Assembly (NCBI GenBank): GCA_009914755.4
Contig: CP068257.2
Coordinates: forward strand, 24,224,001 to 24,288,000
Direction: 5' to 3'
Origin: the human T2T-CHM13v2.0 reference genome, Homo sapiens
Length of the DNA: 64,000 nt
This document shows, in pieces, positions 20,792 through 37,511 of the stretch (its first letter is position 1; the number at the start of each line of letters is the position of its first letter). A program made the translations under genes and the position numbers. The notes beneath the pieces were generated by a model. That model was given only the letters and a program-made list of their open reading frames with translations, was not told where the DNA came from and searched no databases.

Positions 20792-21689
20792 TGATCTTCC
20801 AATTTCTCTTCCTGCTGCTCACTGTAAGCCACTCCTAGGTTCTGCACCCCCCCTCACTTTTCCTTATCGTGGCTTTCCATTCAACCTGACCACTCTCTCC
20901 AACTACTCTACAATGCCAACGTCAGTGCGTCTGTATCCTGGTGGGTCAGCTTCTGGCCGGGAAGAAAGGACCTCTAAGGACATCTTTTTATACAGTCACC
21001 AGTGTGACAGCATATTACTTAGAAAAAGTCATATGCCATACCTCCATAAAAGCCAAATAAAAGGAACTCTCTTCTTATTTAGATCATTAATGAGATAACC
21101 AGGAGGTGGGGGCGGGGAGACTTCTGGTGTTCAAGTGATCACATCTGTGAGAGGAAAAGTTTTTCACATCCTATAATAAAGAGAAGCTGTGCCCCCAACT
21201 TCTCCTTATTAAAGGTGACATGTCTGGGGAGAGTAGCAGAAAGAGCTACAATACGTATTTTTAAATATCCAGTGTCTATGTATGTGAATGTAGAAAAGTA
21301 CCGCTTGCTACTAAACAGATCCTGGGATTAGTGGGCTTTGCAGGAACGTCCTAAAACAGGAGCAAGGTGGTTAATTCAGCTAGTGCTGAGATTTCCAGCC
21401 ACCAGAGGGCTATTCTGACATGGAGGGCACATTTGGGGAGTGGTAATAATAAAGGGCTATTGCTTCACTGCTTGAAGCACCAATAAGGCACAGTTACCTC
21501 CTTGGGAAAGCGTGGCCAATGGCTCACAGAGTGACTCTCTGGCCTTATGGCTAAGTAAATTCAGTAAGTCAATATTTCCTGCTTATTTGAAAAAAAAAAA
21601 AAAAAAAAAAACCAACAACTAGCAAGTGCTCATTTCCAAATGCTAACAACTCTACCAATAAAAATACAGTTATGGGCCACATAATGACA

Positions 21690-22010
21690 TTTTAGTCCAC
21701 GACAGACCAAACATATGATGGTGGCCCCATAATACCGTATTTTTTACTGTACCTTTTCTAGTTTGTTTAGATACGCAAATCCCTGCCAGTGTGTTACAAC
21801 TGTCTATAGTATTCAGTGCAGCAATATGCTGCACAGGTGTGGAGCCTAGGAGCAATAGTTGTAGGTGTGTAGCCCAGGTGTGTAGCAGGCTATACCATCT
21901 AGATTTATGTACATGTACTTTATGATGTTTGCACAGCGATCAAACCGCCCCATGCCACATTTCTCAGAACGTTCTCTCCACTGTGAAGTGGTATGTGACT
22001 GTTCTAGGCT
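21690..22010. repeat. Possible DNA-transposon (Tigger/MER-like) fragment
   Basis: ...gtccacgacagaccaaacatatgatggtggccccataataccgt...cagtgcagcaatatgctgcacaggtgtggagcctaggagcaatagttgtaggtgtgtagcccaggtgtgtagcaggctataccatctagatttatgtacatgtactttatgatgtttgcacagcgatcaaaccgcc resembles the well-known 'gctataccatctaggtttgtgtaagtacactctatgatgttcgcacaacga...' element family. Confidence 0.3.
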
Positions 22011-23189
22011 TGTTTCATTTATACATTTGTTCTCAGTTTTTTTTTTCCTAGGGTTCCTATCTCTGTGATCTTCTGCGGGCATTTTTCACTCTAAAAACAA
22101 AAAATCTCCTGGAAACCAAAGCTTTCATCATGACTTCTTCAGGCACGATGGTATGTAAGTACAATGGTATTCTGTCCTGAGTGACTGAGGTGAGTCCAAC
22201 TGGAAATATTGATGTACTCATTTTTGTTCTTACTGAAGTAGGGTTACTGATTAATGAAGGTTAGCCAGAGCCGGAAATAAAGGTATTTCCATGTACTTGA
22301 GGGTGAGAGTGCCTGTTAAGGTAGGAAGAGGATGTTGCAGAAGCATCACTTCTGTGGGTGCAGACGCTGGAATGCTAAGAAAAATGGTGCTCTGAAAGCC
22401 CACCGTGCTCTCTCACCTGGGAACATGCCTAGGCTGGGTTGCAACTCCCTGTGTTCAGGTTCTACCATCCCAGCTAAACTACATCTTTTTTGAGGACAGA
22501 AAAGCGGAATGTGGTCTATTTCAACATTGCTGTACAGACACACTATGGGGCTGCACAGAGGGCTGCTTTCAGGAAGGACAGTCACAAAGGTCTTGAGGGG
22601 AAGGAGCTGAGAGGAAATAAACAAAACAAACACGAATGAGGTGGAGCCCCTCATCTAGAAAGGCTTCCAGTTGCTCTCCAGTAGACAGCAAAATGAGGAG
22701 AGAAGAGCTGAACAGCCATCCTTCCCGATTTTGCTCCTGCAAGGATACCTCCTGGCTTAAAAATTAATGTCAGAATCTGGGTCAAAGTGTCAACTTCTCC
22801 TCTGACATTTTAAGTCCAATGAGACACTGCTTGGTAAACTGACTAAAAAAAAGAGCGTTTTAATTCAGGCAGCTGGAAGAGCACTTAAAAGGCAACCGGT
22901 TATCTGGGAGGTGAGAGATACCATTTTCCACTCCCTGAGGCTTGCGCGGAGAACTAAAAGGAAGGAGTGTTAAAATGATGTGTCAGGGATTCTCAAATCC
23001 GACTGCACATCTCATTCATTTGGGGAAATTTTCAACACTCAGATTCGCAGCCTCCTATTTGGGGATTCTTTTTCCTTAGGTCTGAGGTAGGACCTGGTCT
23101 CACGCACAGCCAGGGGAAGGAGCTCCAGGTGGAGGCCTTGCTTTTATGCTCAGCATCACTGGGGTCTGTTACGGGCTAAAACGTGTCCC

Positions 23190-23530
23190 CCTAAAATTCA
23201 TATGTTGAAGTCCTAAGCTGCCAGTACCTCCACCTGTGACTGTATTTGCAGATAGGGTCGAAGAGGTTATTAAAGTTAAACAAGGTCATCAGGGTTGATC
23301 CTAATCCACTATGACTGGTGTCCTTGTAGGAAGAGGTTAGGACACAGCAGAAAAACAGAGTGAAGGTCATGTGAAGATACAGGGAGCAGACAGGCGTCTG
23401 CAAACCAAGGAGAGATGCCTGGGGAGGAACCAACCTGGCTGATACCTTGATCTTACACTCCAGAAATGTGAGAGGGTAAATTTCTGTTGCTTAATCCACC
23501 CATCTGTGTTACTTTGTTATGGAAGCCCGA
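23190..23530. repeat. Second copy of the same ancient repeat family as 12955-13200
   Basis: ...ccctaaaattcatatgttgaagtcctaa...gatcctaatccactatgactggtgtcc...accttgatcttacactccagaaatgtgagagggtaaatttctgttgcttaatccacccatctgtgttactttgttatggaagcccgag. Confidence 0.4.
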
Positions 23531-23630
23531 GGAAGCCAAGTCTTTGGCCTCTGGCATCAAAGAAGGCAACTTCAACGGACAGACCGGCAACAAAGAGAAT
23601 TATATTAAATAAACTAAAAAGTGCTCTTGA

Positions 23631-24012
<382 letters not shown>

Positions 24013-24440
24013 TCAAGTATGAAGACATCTTTATTTGCTCAAATATGGAATTAAATTTTTTTAAAAATTAATTTGAGCAGAAATGAAATAAGCTGATACT
24101 AATGAAAACCTATCTTACACTGTTTTGAGGGACATAAGCTTAGATACTATCACAAAAGGTGCAATGGCCAAACATGACAGTGGGGTCATTGCTTTTATGT
24201 GCTCACACTCTGATCTATGGGTCAGTCCGTTCCTTTCCACCCTGCTGCCTGCTGTTCTCTTGGTTTCCTTCCTCACACTGCTCATCCACGTCAGTATGAA
24301 TGGGGAAATGAGGCTCCACCCCAATTTCCATCAGCAGCTTCTGTTGTAGTCTGCAGAGGTTTTAATTGCTGAGCAAAATGAAATTTCTGGCTTCACCACA
24401 AATTTCATTTATTTAAACTCTGCCTGTCCTCTTCTAATCA

Positions 24441-24817
<377 letters not shown>

Positions 24818-25762
24818 CAATGGGGAATATGAGGGGAAATCTGGACTCTGAGCTTGACCTTGCATAATTTGAACCCTTCTGTCTCGGCCTCAGTTCCCTC
24901 ATCTACAAGATGAGAAGATCAATTTGATTGGTCATCATCAATAAATCTTTCAGCTCTAAAAATTCCATAACTCTTAAAATATCGCAATTAAATGTCACAC
25001 AAATTTTTCAGTTTCCCTGTGCATATAAAAGTTATGTTTACACTATACTCTCTGCAAGACAGTTTCCTAAAAAGTTGCATATACTGTGAGATTTTAACAC
25101 TTTTTCCCCCATCCAAATGGCATTTCAAATGCATAAAAATAACTTATTCGTAAATTTTCTTTCTCTCTTTCTTGTTTTAGTATAGCACCTTGAAACTAAG
25201 ATATTTCAGGTGGAAGTGCAGGGTAATAGGTTGCAGAACTCTCAAATAACAATCATGTATGTTTTGGTGGGCCATTTGGTATAGTGTGATTTCCTGAGAA
25301 ACTTTAAAGGTAAGAGTCTGCACTGAAAAGTCACATTATTTACTATTACCTGGTTGTATTGAGAGGCCAGACTATTTAAGACAAAAGAAATCCAAGAATA
25401 AACATGTTTAGTTTTTTTGGAAAAAGCAACTTCCTACTTCTATTTTTATTTTTAACTTCTTGTACTGGTTTTTGTTGCTTGTGTTTGAAAAAAAAAAGTC
25501 TAAGAGTAATCATGCTTTTTTAAAGTCATGCATTATCATTTGTATTATTTTGATAACTTCAACACAAATTGTAAGTTGAGATAACAACACACACTCTCAA
25601 TACCTTGAGCAGAATATTCACGGTAAGTTGCAATGAATGAAAACCAAAACAAGAAAGAACAACTGTAACCCAAGCATCATGGAAGCACACTGATTCGTTT
25701 TTTAAAAGAGATACTTAGCTAGTTCTTAGCAAAAAGCTAAGCCTAATTCTCTCATAGTCTTA

Positions 25763-25957
<195 letters not shown>

Positions 25958-28018
25958 TTAAGAAAAAGAATTTTAATTTCTAAATGCAATATAATTTACA
26001 ATTTATAAACGCAATTAGAAGAATTTCATTTCTTAAATGCAGGGGACATTTGGATGAGGTTATATAAAAAGTTTCAGTATATTCTCTGCCCAACTGGTTG
26101 GTCAAATATTTGATGCTTACTTTAAAAAAAAAAAAAAAAAAGAAATCACATATTTTCCTACTAAGAATGATAATCATAGTTTATAGAAGGATGTACAACA
26201 TGTGGCTTCCCCAGTTCGAGGAAGTCTACTTTCCCCTCACAGGTCAAAACCGAAGTCTGCAGGGACCTGAAACCCTTTGACAGGTGGAACATTTGGTGAG
26301 TGGTGGGAAGATAGCGCTTGGATCTATCAAAAGCTGGAAAGGCACGATCCTACTAATGAAAGGAGGTCAGCATTTTCCTAGTCATAGCACTCTGAGCCCT
26401 GATGTGTGACTCTAAGTGACTGAGACTTAGGTGTTTTTCAACTCTGCAGATGTCCTAATTTCCTTGGAGGGACACTTTTAATGCACAGGAATAGGCATTC
26501 TGAAACAAAGGAGTTAAACAATAGAAAAAAAGATATCTTGTTACCTACTTTAGCTATAGTAATTCTGCAGAATTCTAATTAACCTTTAGCAGTGTAATGC
26601 TTTTTAAAGCATGTTATTTCAAAGTGAAGTACAGGCAACAAGAATTTTAAGTCACTCATAACTCATGCTTTCTAACTATTGTCTCCAGAAACCAAAATCT
26701 GAAATGTTGCTTTATTCTTGCTCTTTATTTGGATTAAACATAAAAATAATTTTGAGAACATTGTAAAGAAGGAATAAAATTTCATTTACTGCACTACATT
26801 GCTTCATACTGTTTATAAAAGCAAGTCATTATTTTTCAACTTTATCTACTTGAATGAAATTATAGAAGCACACCACAACTTTTATCATCTTGTTATATAA
26901 GGAGTTGATCTTATGCCAGATGAAGTAAAACTAAAGCTAAATATTACCACGTTTGCTCTGCAACTTAATGAAAATACAGGCATACATAGCTTTATTGTAC
27001 AGTAGTGCTTACAGATAGTATTTAAAAAAAAAAAACAAAACAAAGGTTTCTGGTAACCCTGCATCGAACAAGTCTATTGGTGCCATTTTTCCAACAGTGA
27101 ACACAGGTTCACTTCATGTCTGTGTCACATTTTGGTAATTATTTAAATATTCAAACATTAAAAATTATTATATCTGTTCGGTGATCTGTGATCAGTGGCC
27201 TTTGATGTTACTATTTTAATTGTTTTGGAGTGTCATGAAACATGCCCATAAAGACAGCAAACTAAATCAATAAATGTTGTGTGTGTTCTGTCTGCCCCCC
27301 AAACTGGCCACTCCACCCCCTCAACTCCCAGGCTCCCTATCCCTTGAGAGACAACAATATTGAAAGTGGGCCAGTAAATAACCCTACAGTGGCCTCTTAA
27401 GTATTCAAGTGAAAGGAAGAGTCACAGGTCTCTCACTTTAAAGCAAAAGCTAGAAATAATTAAGCTTAGTGAGCAAGGCATATTGAAAGCCAAGATTCTT
27501 GTGCCAGTTAGCCAAGTTGTGAATGCAAAGAAAAGCTCTTGAAGGAGATTAAAAGTGCTACTCCAGTGAGCACACAAATGATAAAGCAAAACAGCCTTAT
27601 TGCTGATACGGAGAAAACTTTTAGTTGTCTGGATGGAAGATCAAACCAACCACAACATTCTCTTAGGCCAAAGCCTAATCAAGAACAAGGCCCACAACTG
27701 TCTTCAATTCTATGAAGGATGAGAGAGGTGAAGAAGCTGCAGAAGAAAAAAAAGTTGGGAGAGGTTGATTTCATGAGGTTTAAGGGAAGAAGCCATCTCC
27801 ATAACACAGAAGTGCAAGGCGAAGCAGCAAGTGCTGATGTAGAAGCTGCAATAAGTTATCCAGAAGATCTAGATAAGACTCCTGATGAAGGTGGCTACAC
27901 TAAATAACAGATTTTCAGTGGAGATGAAACAGACTTATTTGGAAGAAAATGCCATCTAGGACTTTCATCATTAGAGAGAAGTCCTGCCTTCAAAGCTTCA
28001 AAGAACAAGCTGACTCTC

Positions 28019-28417
28019 TTGTTAGGGGCTAATGCAGCTGGCGACTTTGTTTTTGAAGCCAAGACTGACCACTGTAAAAGTCCTAGGGCGCTTAAGAATT
28101 ATTCTAAATCTACTGTGCCCATGCTCTATAAATGGAACAAAACTGGGATGACAGCACATCTCTTAACAGCATGGTTTACTGAATATTTTAAACCCACTGT
28201 TGAGACCTACTGCTCAGAAAAGACTCATTTCAAAATATTACTGCTCACTAACAAAGCACCTAGTCACCCAAGAGCTCTGAAGGACAGGTACAGGGAGATT
28301 ACTGTTGTTTTCATGCCTGCTAACACAACATCCATTCTGCAGCCTGTGGATCAACTTTCAAGTCTTATTATTTCAGCCTCTTATTATTTCAAAATATATT
28401 TCAAATATATTTTGTAG
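28019..28417 (+). pseudogene. Remnant of Tigger1 pogo/CENP-B-like DDE transposase ORF
   Basis: ORF reads [112 protein letters not shown], a recognisable Tigger transposase core. Flanking frames are full of stops. Confidence 0.7.
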
Positions 28418-29264
28418 GGCTATTCACTGCCATAGATAGCGATTCCTCTAATGGATCTGGGCAAAGTAAACTGCAAACCTTCTAAAAAGGATTCACCATT
28501 CCAGATGCCATTAAGAACATCTGTGATTCATGGGAGATCAAAACATCAGCAATAACAGGAGTTTGGAAGACGATGATTCCAACTCTCATGGGTGACTTTG
28601 AGGAGTTCAAGACTTCAGTAAAGGATGTCACTGCAGATGTGGTGGAAATAACAAGAGAACTAGAATTAGAAGTGGAGCCTAAAGACATGACTGAACTGCT
28701 ACCATCTCATGATCAAACTTGAATGGATGAGGAGTTACCTCTTATGGATGAGCAAAGAAAGTGGTTTCTTGCAATGGAATCTACTCTTGGTGAAGATGCT
28801 ATGAACACTGTTGAAATGACAACAAAGGATTTAGGATATCACATAAACTCGATGAAGCAGTGGCTAGATTTGCGAAGACTGACTCCAATTTTGAAAGCTG
28901 TTCTACTGTGAGCAAAATGCTATCAAACAGCATCACATGCTACAGAGACATCTTTTTGTGAAAGGAAGAGTCAATCGATGCAGCAAACTTCATTATTGTC
29001 TTATTTTAGGAAATTGCCACAGCCACCACAAACCTCAGCAGCCACCACCTGGATTAGCCTGCAGCAGTGAACATCAAGGCAAGATTCTCCACGAGCAAAA
29101 AGATTAGGACTTGCTGAAGACTCAGATGATCATTAGCATTTTTAGTAATAAAATATTTTACTAATAAAAGTAAAGTATATACATGGCTTTTTTTTTTTTT
29201 AGACATAATGCTATTGCACATGTAACAGACTAGAGTATAGTGTAAATACAAACTTTTTTTTTTT

Positions 29265-29678
<414 letters not shown>

Positions 29679-31205
29679 TAGTCAAATGACTGATTTTTCT
29701 AAGCTGAAACTAACATACTAGCAATCTGGAAAGGCAATATAAAATATAGCAAATGAAGCAACTTCTAAAAGTGTTTTACTCGTGGTTTATAACAAAATGA
29801 GAAATTGTTCATAATTATTCCCTTTACTAAACAAATATGCTAGCTCAACATTTTTATGAAAAGCAAATCATTAATTAGCTAATATACTAGTGTGAGGTAA
29901 TCAGGAATAAATACAAGTCTGGACATATGCCTGTGCCTTTAAGAAAATACTGTAATTTTGTAATATTCATTGCACTAATTATAATACATTATCTTAACTA
30001 GTCCAGTAGAGGGAGCTGATTCTCCTAATTGCTGCCGCTGCCATTAGTCACTGTCGCATTATAGGCGTTAGTGTAATTGTGGGGATGGGCTTATATGACA
30101 CAGGCCCCAGGCCCCGACAAATGCAAATCTGTACATTAATCGTCAGCTTTCTACCCCACCAACTCTTCAACTCTTTAGTGGTTCCCCAGTTTTTATTAAC
30201 CTCTTCAGCAACAGCCTCATCAAGAGAAACCCTGATCTTATAACAACTGATACTAGATTATCTTGCCAATGAAAACCATGCTTCAAAAAGCTAAATGTCT
30301 TTCTACAAAAAAAGAACTATGGGAGTTAAGAATGCAAATCCAAATCCCAAGTCAGTTTTTTATTTGCTACAATTATTTGGAGTCAAGTAAGGCATAAATA
30401 ATAATTTGGAGGTGTTTCTTTTAGAGATTAATACTAGGATTTATCAACTTTATGAATATTGAAAAGACATTTTCTGCTTGGAAAAAAGTAACACTCACAC
30501 ACACACACACACAAAACAAAACAAAAGAAGTGCCTGAGATAACTTTAAGTATTATTGCTATGGAAATTTTCTTACCATTTTTCTGTCCACCACTGAATGT
30601 GATAAAATTGTCGTCTTCATTAATTTAACCCTCTTACTGCACCTACTGATAAGATGGAACCCTAACATAATCCACGATTTGATTTATCTCCATTTCTAAG
30701 CTTTTGGTAAAGGATTTTATATAACTACTAGAGCTGACCACAAAGGAGATGTGGCTTTTTGATTTACTCCAATTCTAACATTAGGGGGGAAAAGTGATTT
30801 CATCTGAAAAGGAAGCTGCTGTCTTCTTTGCACAAACCTTTTGATGAATAACACTATCGGGAACATCATGGGGTCCTGCTCACTCCATGATCTTACTCTT
30901 GCAAGAGAAGTTAAATCATGGGAGGTAGGGGAGGGAATGAAAAGAAAGAGCTGGGGGAGAAATGAATGGGTAAAGGAAGACAGTTCCGGATGTGAATTTA
31001 AGCCACATAAAGTGTTCTGTAAAACCAAGCAGTGTATGCATGTGTTTGATCCTTCAAATAAACCTATTGTAAACCTATTTTCCCAGAAAACACAGTGGAA
31101 GTCAAAGTGGCTGCTATATTGAAATTAATTCCACTTTAAGTCCCGAGTCATGCACGAACTTTGCTGCCTTGTAGTCTGAAAGAACTATACATACAGCCTC
31201 TTTCT

Positions 31206-31490
31206 TTTCTTTTTTTTTTTTGGGATGGAGTCTCGCTCTGTCGCCTAGGCACGATCTCAGCTCACTGCAACCTCCACCTCCTGGGTTCAAGCAAGTCTCC
31301 TGCGTCAGCCTCCCCAGCAGCTGGGACTACAGGTGTTTGCCACCACACCCAGCTAATCTTTTTTGTATTTTTAGTAGAGATGGGGTTTCACCATATTGGC
31401 CAGGCTGGTCTCGAATTTCTGACCTCGTGATCCACCCGCCTTGGCCTCCCAAAGTGCTGGGATTACAGGCTTGAGCCACTGCGCTCAGCC
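31206..31490 (-). mobile_element. Alu SINE, ~160 bp from the exon 16 splice donor (same strand as APP)
   Basis: Poly-T then gggatggagtctcgctctgtcgcctaggcacgatctcagctcactgcaacc...gagccactgcgctcagcc. Confidence 0.9.
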
Positions 31491-31550
31491 TAGCCTATTT
31501 ATTTTCTTCATGTTTTCATGGTAATCCTATAGGCAAGCATTGTATTTTTA

Positions 31551-31760
<210 letters not shown>

Positions 31761-34314
31761 TCATAATTAAAGTATGCAGGACAACCAATTAGTTTTACTC
31801 ATAAATAATAACACTGTAAGACAAAGCCTACCCAAAACTTCTTTCTAGGCCTGAAGTTAGAAGAAAATTGATAAATGACTCTTAAAGAAAAATGATACCC
31901 TATATTTAAAACTTCAATTACTACCTATTTTGAACAAAAAGAAATGAAAGGGTAAGGGAAACCTGAAAGTAAGGCTTCTGCTGCCTTTAAATACATGCTA
32001 TAATTTTTGAAAATGGGGGAAAAGCAGAAGTTAAATCCTGGTTGAGAGGTTGGCAAGGATTTGTTCCTGGAATATGTTGGCTTGGCTTACGGGCTTATTG
32101 TTTAGCCTATTATGTGTCTTTTTCCATGTGCACTCATTACTTCAGAAATAATAATAAAAGGCTTTAAAAATGAGCATTAATTACCTGGTAGAACAAAACT
32201 GCTACTTTGGGGCTTTGTTCCAATTACAAATAAATTATGTTCATGTATCTATGCAGTGAAGCGTTGTAAAAATTATATAATTTTAGTCAAGTGTTCTAGT
32301 TACACAGATTGTAATTGGTTCGTCTGCTGAATAAAGAGCTATAGTACATAATTTTAAAAATGCTTCTTAGCAACTAACAGAATTTATAACCTACGAACTC
32401 TTCCTTTTCTATAAATTGCTATATGATTCTTAACACTAATTGTTCTGATGAATTTCATTATTCAAATAATAATTTGAAGCTTAAAACAAAATGCAGAGTC
32501 ATTTAAAAACCAAAAACATAAGTAAAAAATGTAAATGTCAGTGTCCATGCTATAACATTTAATTATCAAACATCAGAATTTTAGGATGAAAAGGGCTTTT
32601 GAAGTCATCTTCTCTACCGTGTTCCCACCCAGGGGCAGATTGTCAGTTCCTGTTTGAACATAGAGGAATGTATCAATTTCCCTCCATTTTTTGATAGATT
32701 TGCCTGCCCAAACTGTCCTTTTTTTACATGAAGCCAGAATCAGCTTCCCTGTAACTTCCATCCTTTGAGCCTGATTCAACACAGAGCAAGCCTAATCCTC
32801 CCTTCCACATTAAAACCTTGAACAGGTATCACGACCCTAAGGAGAGGCATGTTCCTGCTGGTTCTTGTCTTACTTGGGCTACACATTCCCAATTCCTTTG
32901 GCTCCCAGGGGAATTCACTTCCTGCTCTTGGCCTAATCACTCTTTCAATCTTGTCTACGAGATTCTGGGAAACTTGTGACACATCTTGCTGACACTGAAA
33001 AGCACAATGTCCACAGCATATGATGTGCCAGTCTAAGAGCACAGCCTATACAAGGAGAAGGTAAGGATAATCTGACAAAACCTAGGAAATCCACGCTGGT
33101 TGTGACCTAGCACCATTTCCTCATCCAATTGTTCAAAAAGCTTCCACTTGATAACCTATTTGAAAAGAGACCCACAATCAATGTCACTCTATACCTGGCT
33201 TACAGATTGTGAAGCTATCTTCTCTCCTTTTTGCTATTCAGAACTTCATTTTCCTATCCCTACCTTCCCAGCTTTCCACAAAGACCACAGGCAATGGTGC
33301 TACTTCCCCTTCAAGTTCTCTTAGCCTGCAGTTGGTCTGGGTCATAAGAACTTGGACTTGGGTAGCAAGATGTCATAGTTTAAAATATATCCACAAATTT
33401 GCTGATACTCCTTCCTTCAAGAGGGAGAACTTGATTCCCTTCCTTCGAATGTGGTCGGGATGTAGTGACTTGCTCTAGTGAACAGAGCATGATAGAAGTG
33501 ATGGTGTATGACTTCTGAGACTGGGCCAAAAAAGGCACTAAAACTTCCTTAATCTCTTTCCTGGACCTCTTGGTGCAGGGGTGCGAGATGCCATGTTGTA
33601 GGGACGCTCAAGCAGCATTACAGAGTTCACATGGTAAGATACTGAGGTCTCTTAGTAACAGTGACGTGAGTGAGCCACGTTGGAAACAGACCCACCAGGT
33701 CCAATCAAACCTTCAGATGACTTTAGCTCAGGCAGTGTCTTAACTGCAACCACATGACGGACACTGTGCCAGAACCATCCAGCTAAACCACATCCCAAAT
33801 CCTGACCTATAAAAACTGTAAGAAACTAATGCTTGTTGTTTTAAGCTGCTAAATTCTCGCGTTATTTGCTACGTAGCAATAGGTAACTAATGGGCTAGGG
33901 CTTTCTTTTCTCATGTTGATCTATCTCGGGCTTTAATTTCCTTTCATCAGAAGTTCATTCTCTTTAATATAGACATAAAAGGCACAATGGAAGTGGGACA
34001 GTTTCCCTTTCTCATTCTTTAACTCTGGTCCTCTCAATGACCTAACCCTCAACCCCCAACTTCTTGCTACGAGACCCACAGAGTTCTCTATTCTTATTTA
34101 TTTTCTTACTTTAATATTGTTAAGTATTTTTTGGTTAAGTTTCAACTCATTCTGCTGAAACGAACCTTTCTGACACTTATTTTTATAGGGTAGTGATGCT
34201 AAAACTCTCTTAATTCTCACTGGCTGTATATTTTAATCTTTCTATAGCCCTTTTAAATCTGAGATCCTTATATAACCAGTGATTTCTTTAGAGCTCACTC
34301 CTTTTCTGTTATTA

Positions 34315-34677
<363 letters not shown>

Positions 34678-34795
34678 TTAGAACTATATTTCTGAGATTT
34701 TTAAGAAAACTTTCTTGAACAGTTTGAAGAGTCTTCCCTTTTAGATTTTGGAGCCAAATATTTATACTGAAAAATAAAAGTAAAGAATGAGCTCT

Positions 34796-35403
<608 letters not shown>

Positions 35404-37056
35404 GAGCTCTCCACTAAAAACTTTACAAGCCCACACTACTTTTGAAATGATACTGTGAATACTTTTGGTGGTCCAAAAAAAAAAATTCATATTATCAAGT
35501 CAGCATGACAGATAAATTCATGTTTACAGCTCAATAGTTTGAGAAGCTCTTGGCAGAAGAGCTCTTGCTATAATAGTTCATGTTTGTTTAGCATGAATAG
35601 TCATCTAGGGAAGACTTTTTACATTAAGCAAATCTTACTAAAAGAAAAAATCAGTAAGCTGGCACATAGGGAAATATTCATAATAAGGTGATAATGCATG
35701 TAATAAAATGTGATGAGTAGTTTCAAATAAATGGCAGGGACCTTGGTTTGCAGGCTTACTTAGAGGTCTTTCTTGAGTTGTGCTGATTTCACCCTAAGCC
35801 CTGGTGACTCCAGCTCTCTCTTCCTGTAAGTCATGATGAGTGGACAGAGCCTTTTGTTCATGTGGGGGCTAAGGGAGGTATGTCCTTCATGACACCTCTT
35901 GCATGGCTCGGGGTCAAGGACCTGGTTTCCCTTTATTTGGACTGCAGAAGGGTGGTGATGAATTGTAACAGAAAGGGTAGCTTTCTACCCTATGTGAAGA
36001 GCTCGCTAATGTGTTTTTCTTTTTTATTCTGGTCAAACTGTATAATTAGTCCTTCAGAGTCTATTTTTTCTTTGGAAGTAAGCCAGGAGGAGGAGCTATA
36101 ATGGCCACTATGCCCCCAAATCACCACTGTTATTACAATGGTCCCTACTTGACACTGCATGCTGGAAGCTACCATATTCTGTTTTTTTAGATATGAGAGT
36201 TAAGGAGAAGCCATTTTCCTCAGTCATGATTATAAAGCACTGGGTGGGGGAAAAACAAAAACCTTTTTTTAACTTGTTTCTGAGGACAACAGTGATTATT
36301 CAAAAACAATGCCATCACTTGAACGGCATGACAATCTTGGGAAGGCTTTCTAAGTTTGGAAAGGCTAAAGATATAATTCGGCACATTAGACTCAAGTGGG
36401 TGGTCTCTAAAATGTGAAGAAGAACCAAAGCTATGCTACAAAACACGGGGAAATTAGCCCAAATGTTTGATAAACTTACTACAAGCACAAAAACAGAACA
36501 CACGCATGGCTTAATACATGTGCAGTAAATACTGCTATTCATAGACAAACCTTAACTAGAATCTTCCTCACTTCATATCTGAGCATTCTTTCTCAACTTT
36601 AGCCATCTTACTGGGCAACCCAAGCCTACGCTGTGTATGAAAGGAAGCTTGGCTTAGGCCACCCTCTCTTCTGAATAGAATTGTTCCCTTCTTCTTTGCC
36701 AATCCAGGTGCCTCAAATCTTTCATAACCTCTCTGGAAGCCCATCTCCAGTAAGTTCTCTACTTAACATGCCCCTGGGTTAGTACTCCATCTCCTCCCAT
36801 CACAGAACATTCTTGTTAGCACTTAATGTTGCTTTGTATTTCCTTGTCTTCCAAATTCCATCTCATGTTTCCAAATATGCAAAATTCCTTCTATTATACC
36901 TCAAGCTCCTGAGAGCAGGGACCCTACCGTTTAATTTCTTTCAAACCTAGAAAGAATTTAGTGGATTGATCTTTGTGAAATCCCCAAGTGACATCATATT
37001 CTTACTGTTATGAGAAAGGTTTTGGATGGTTTTCTCCCACCAGTGTAATACCATTA

Positions 37057-37511
<455 letters not shown>

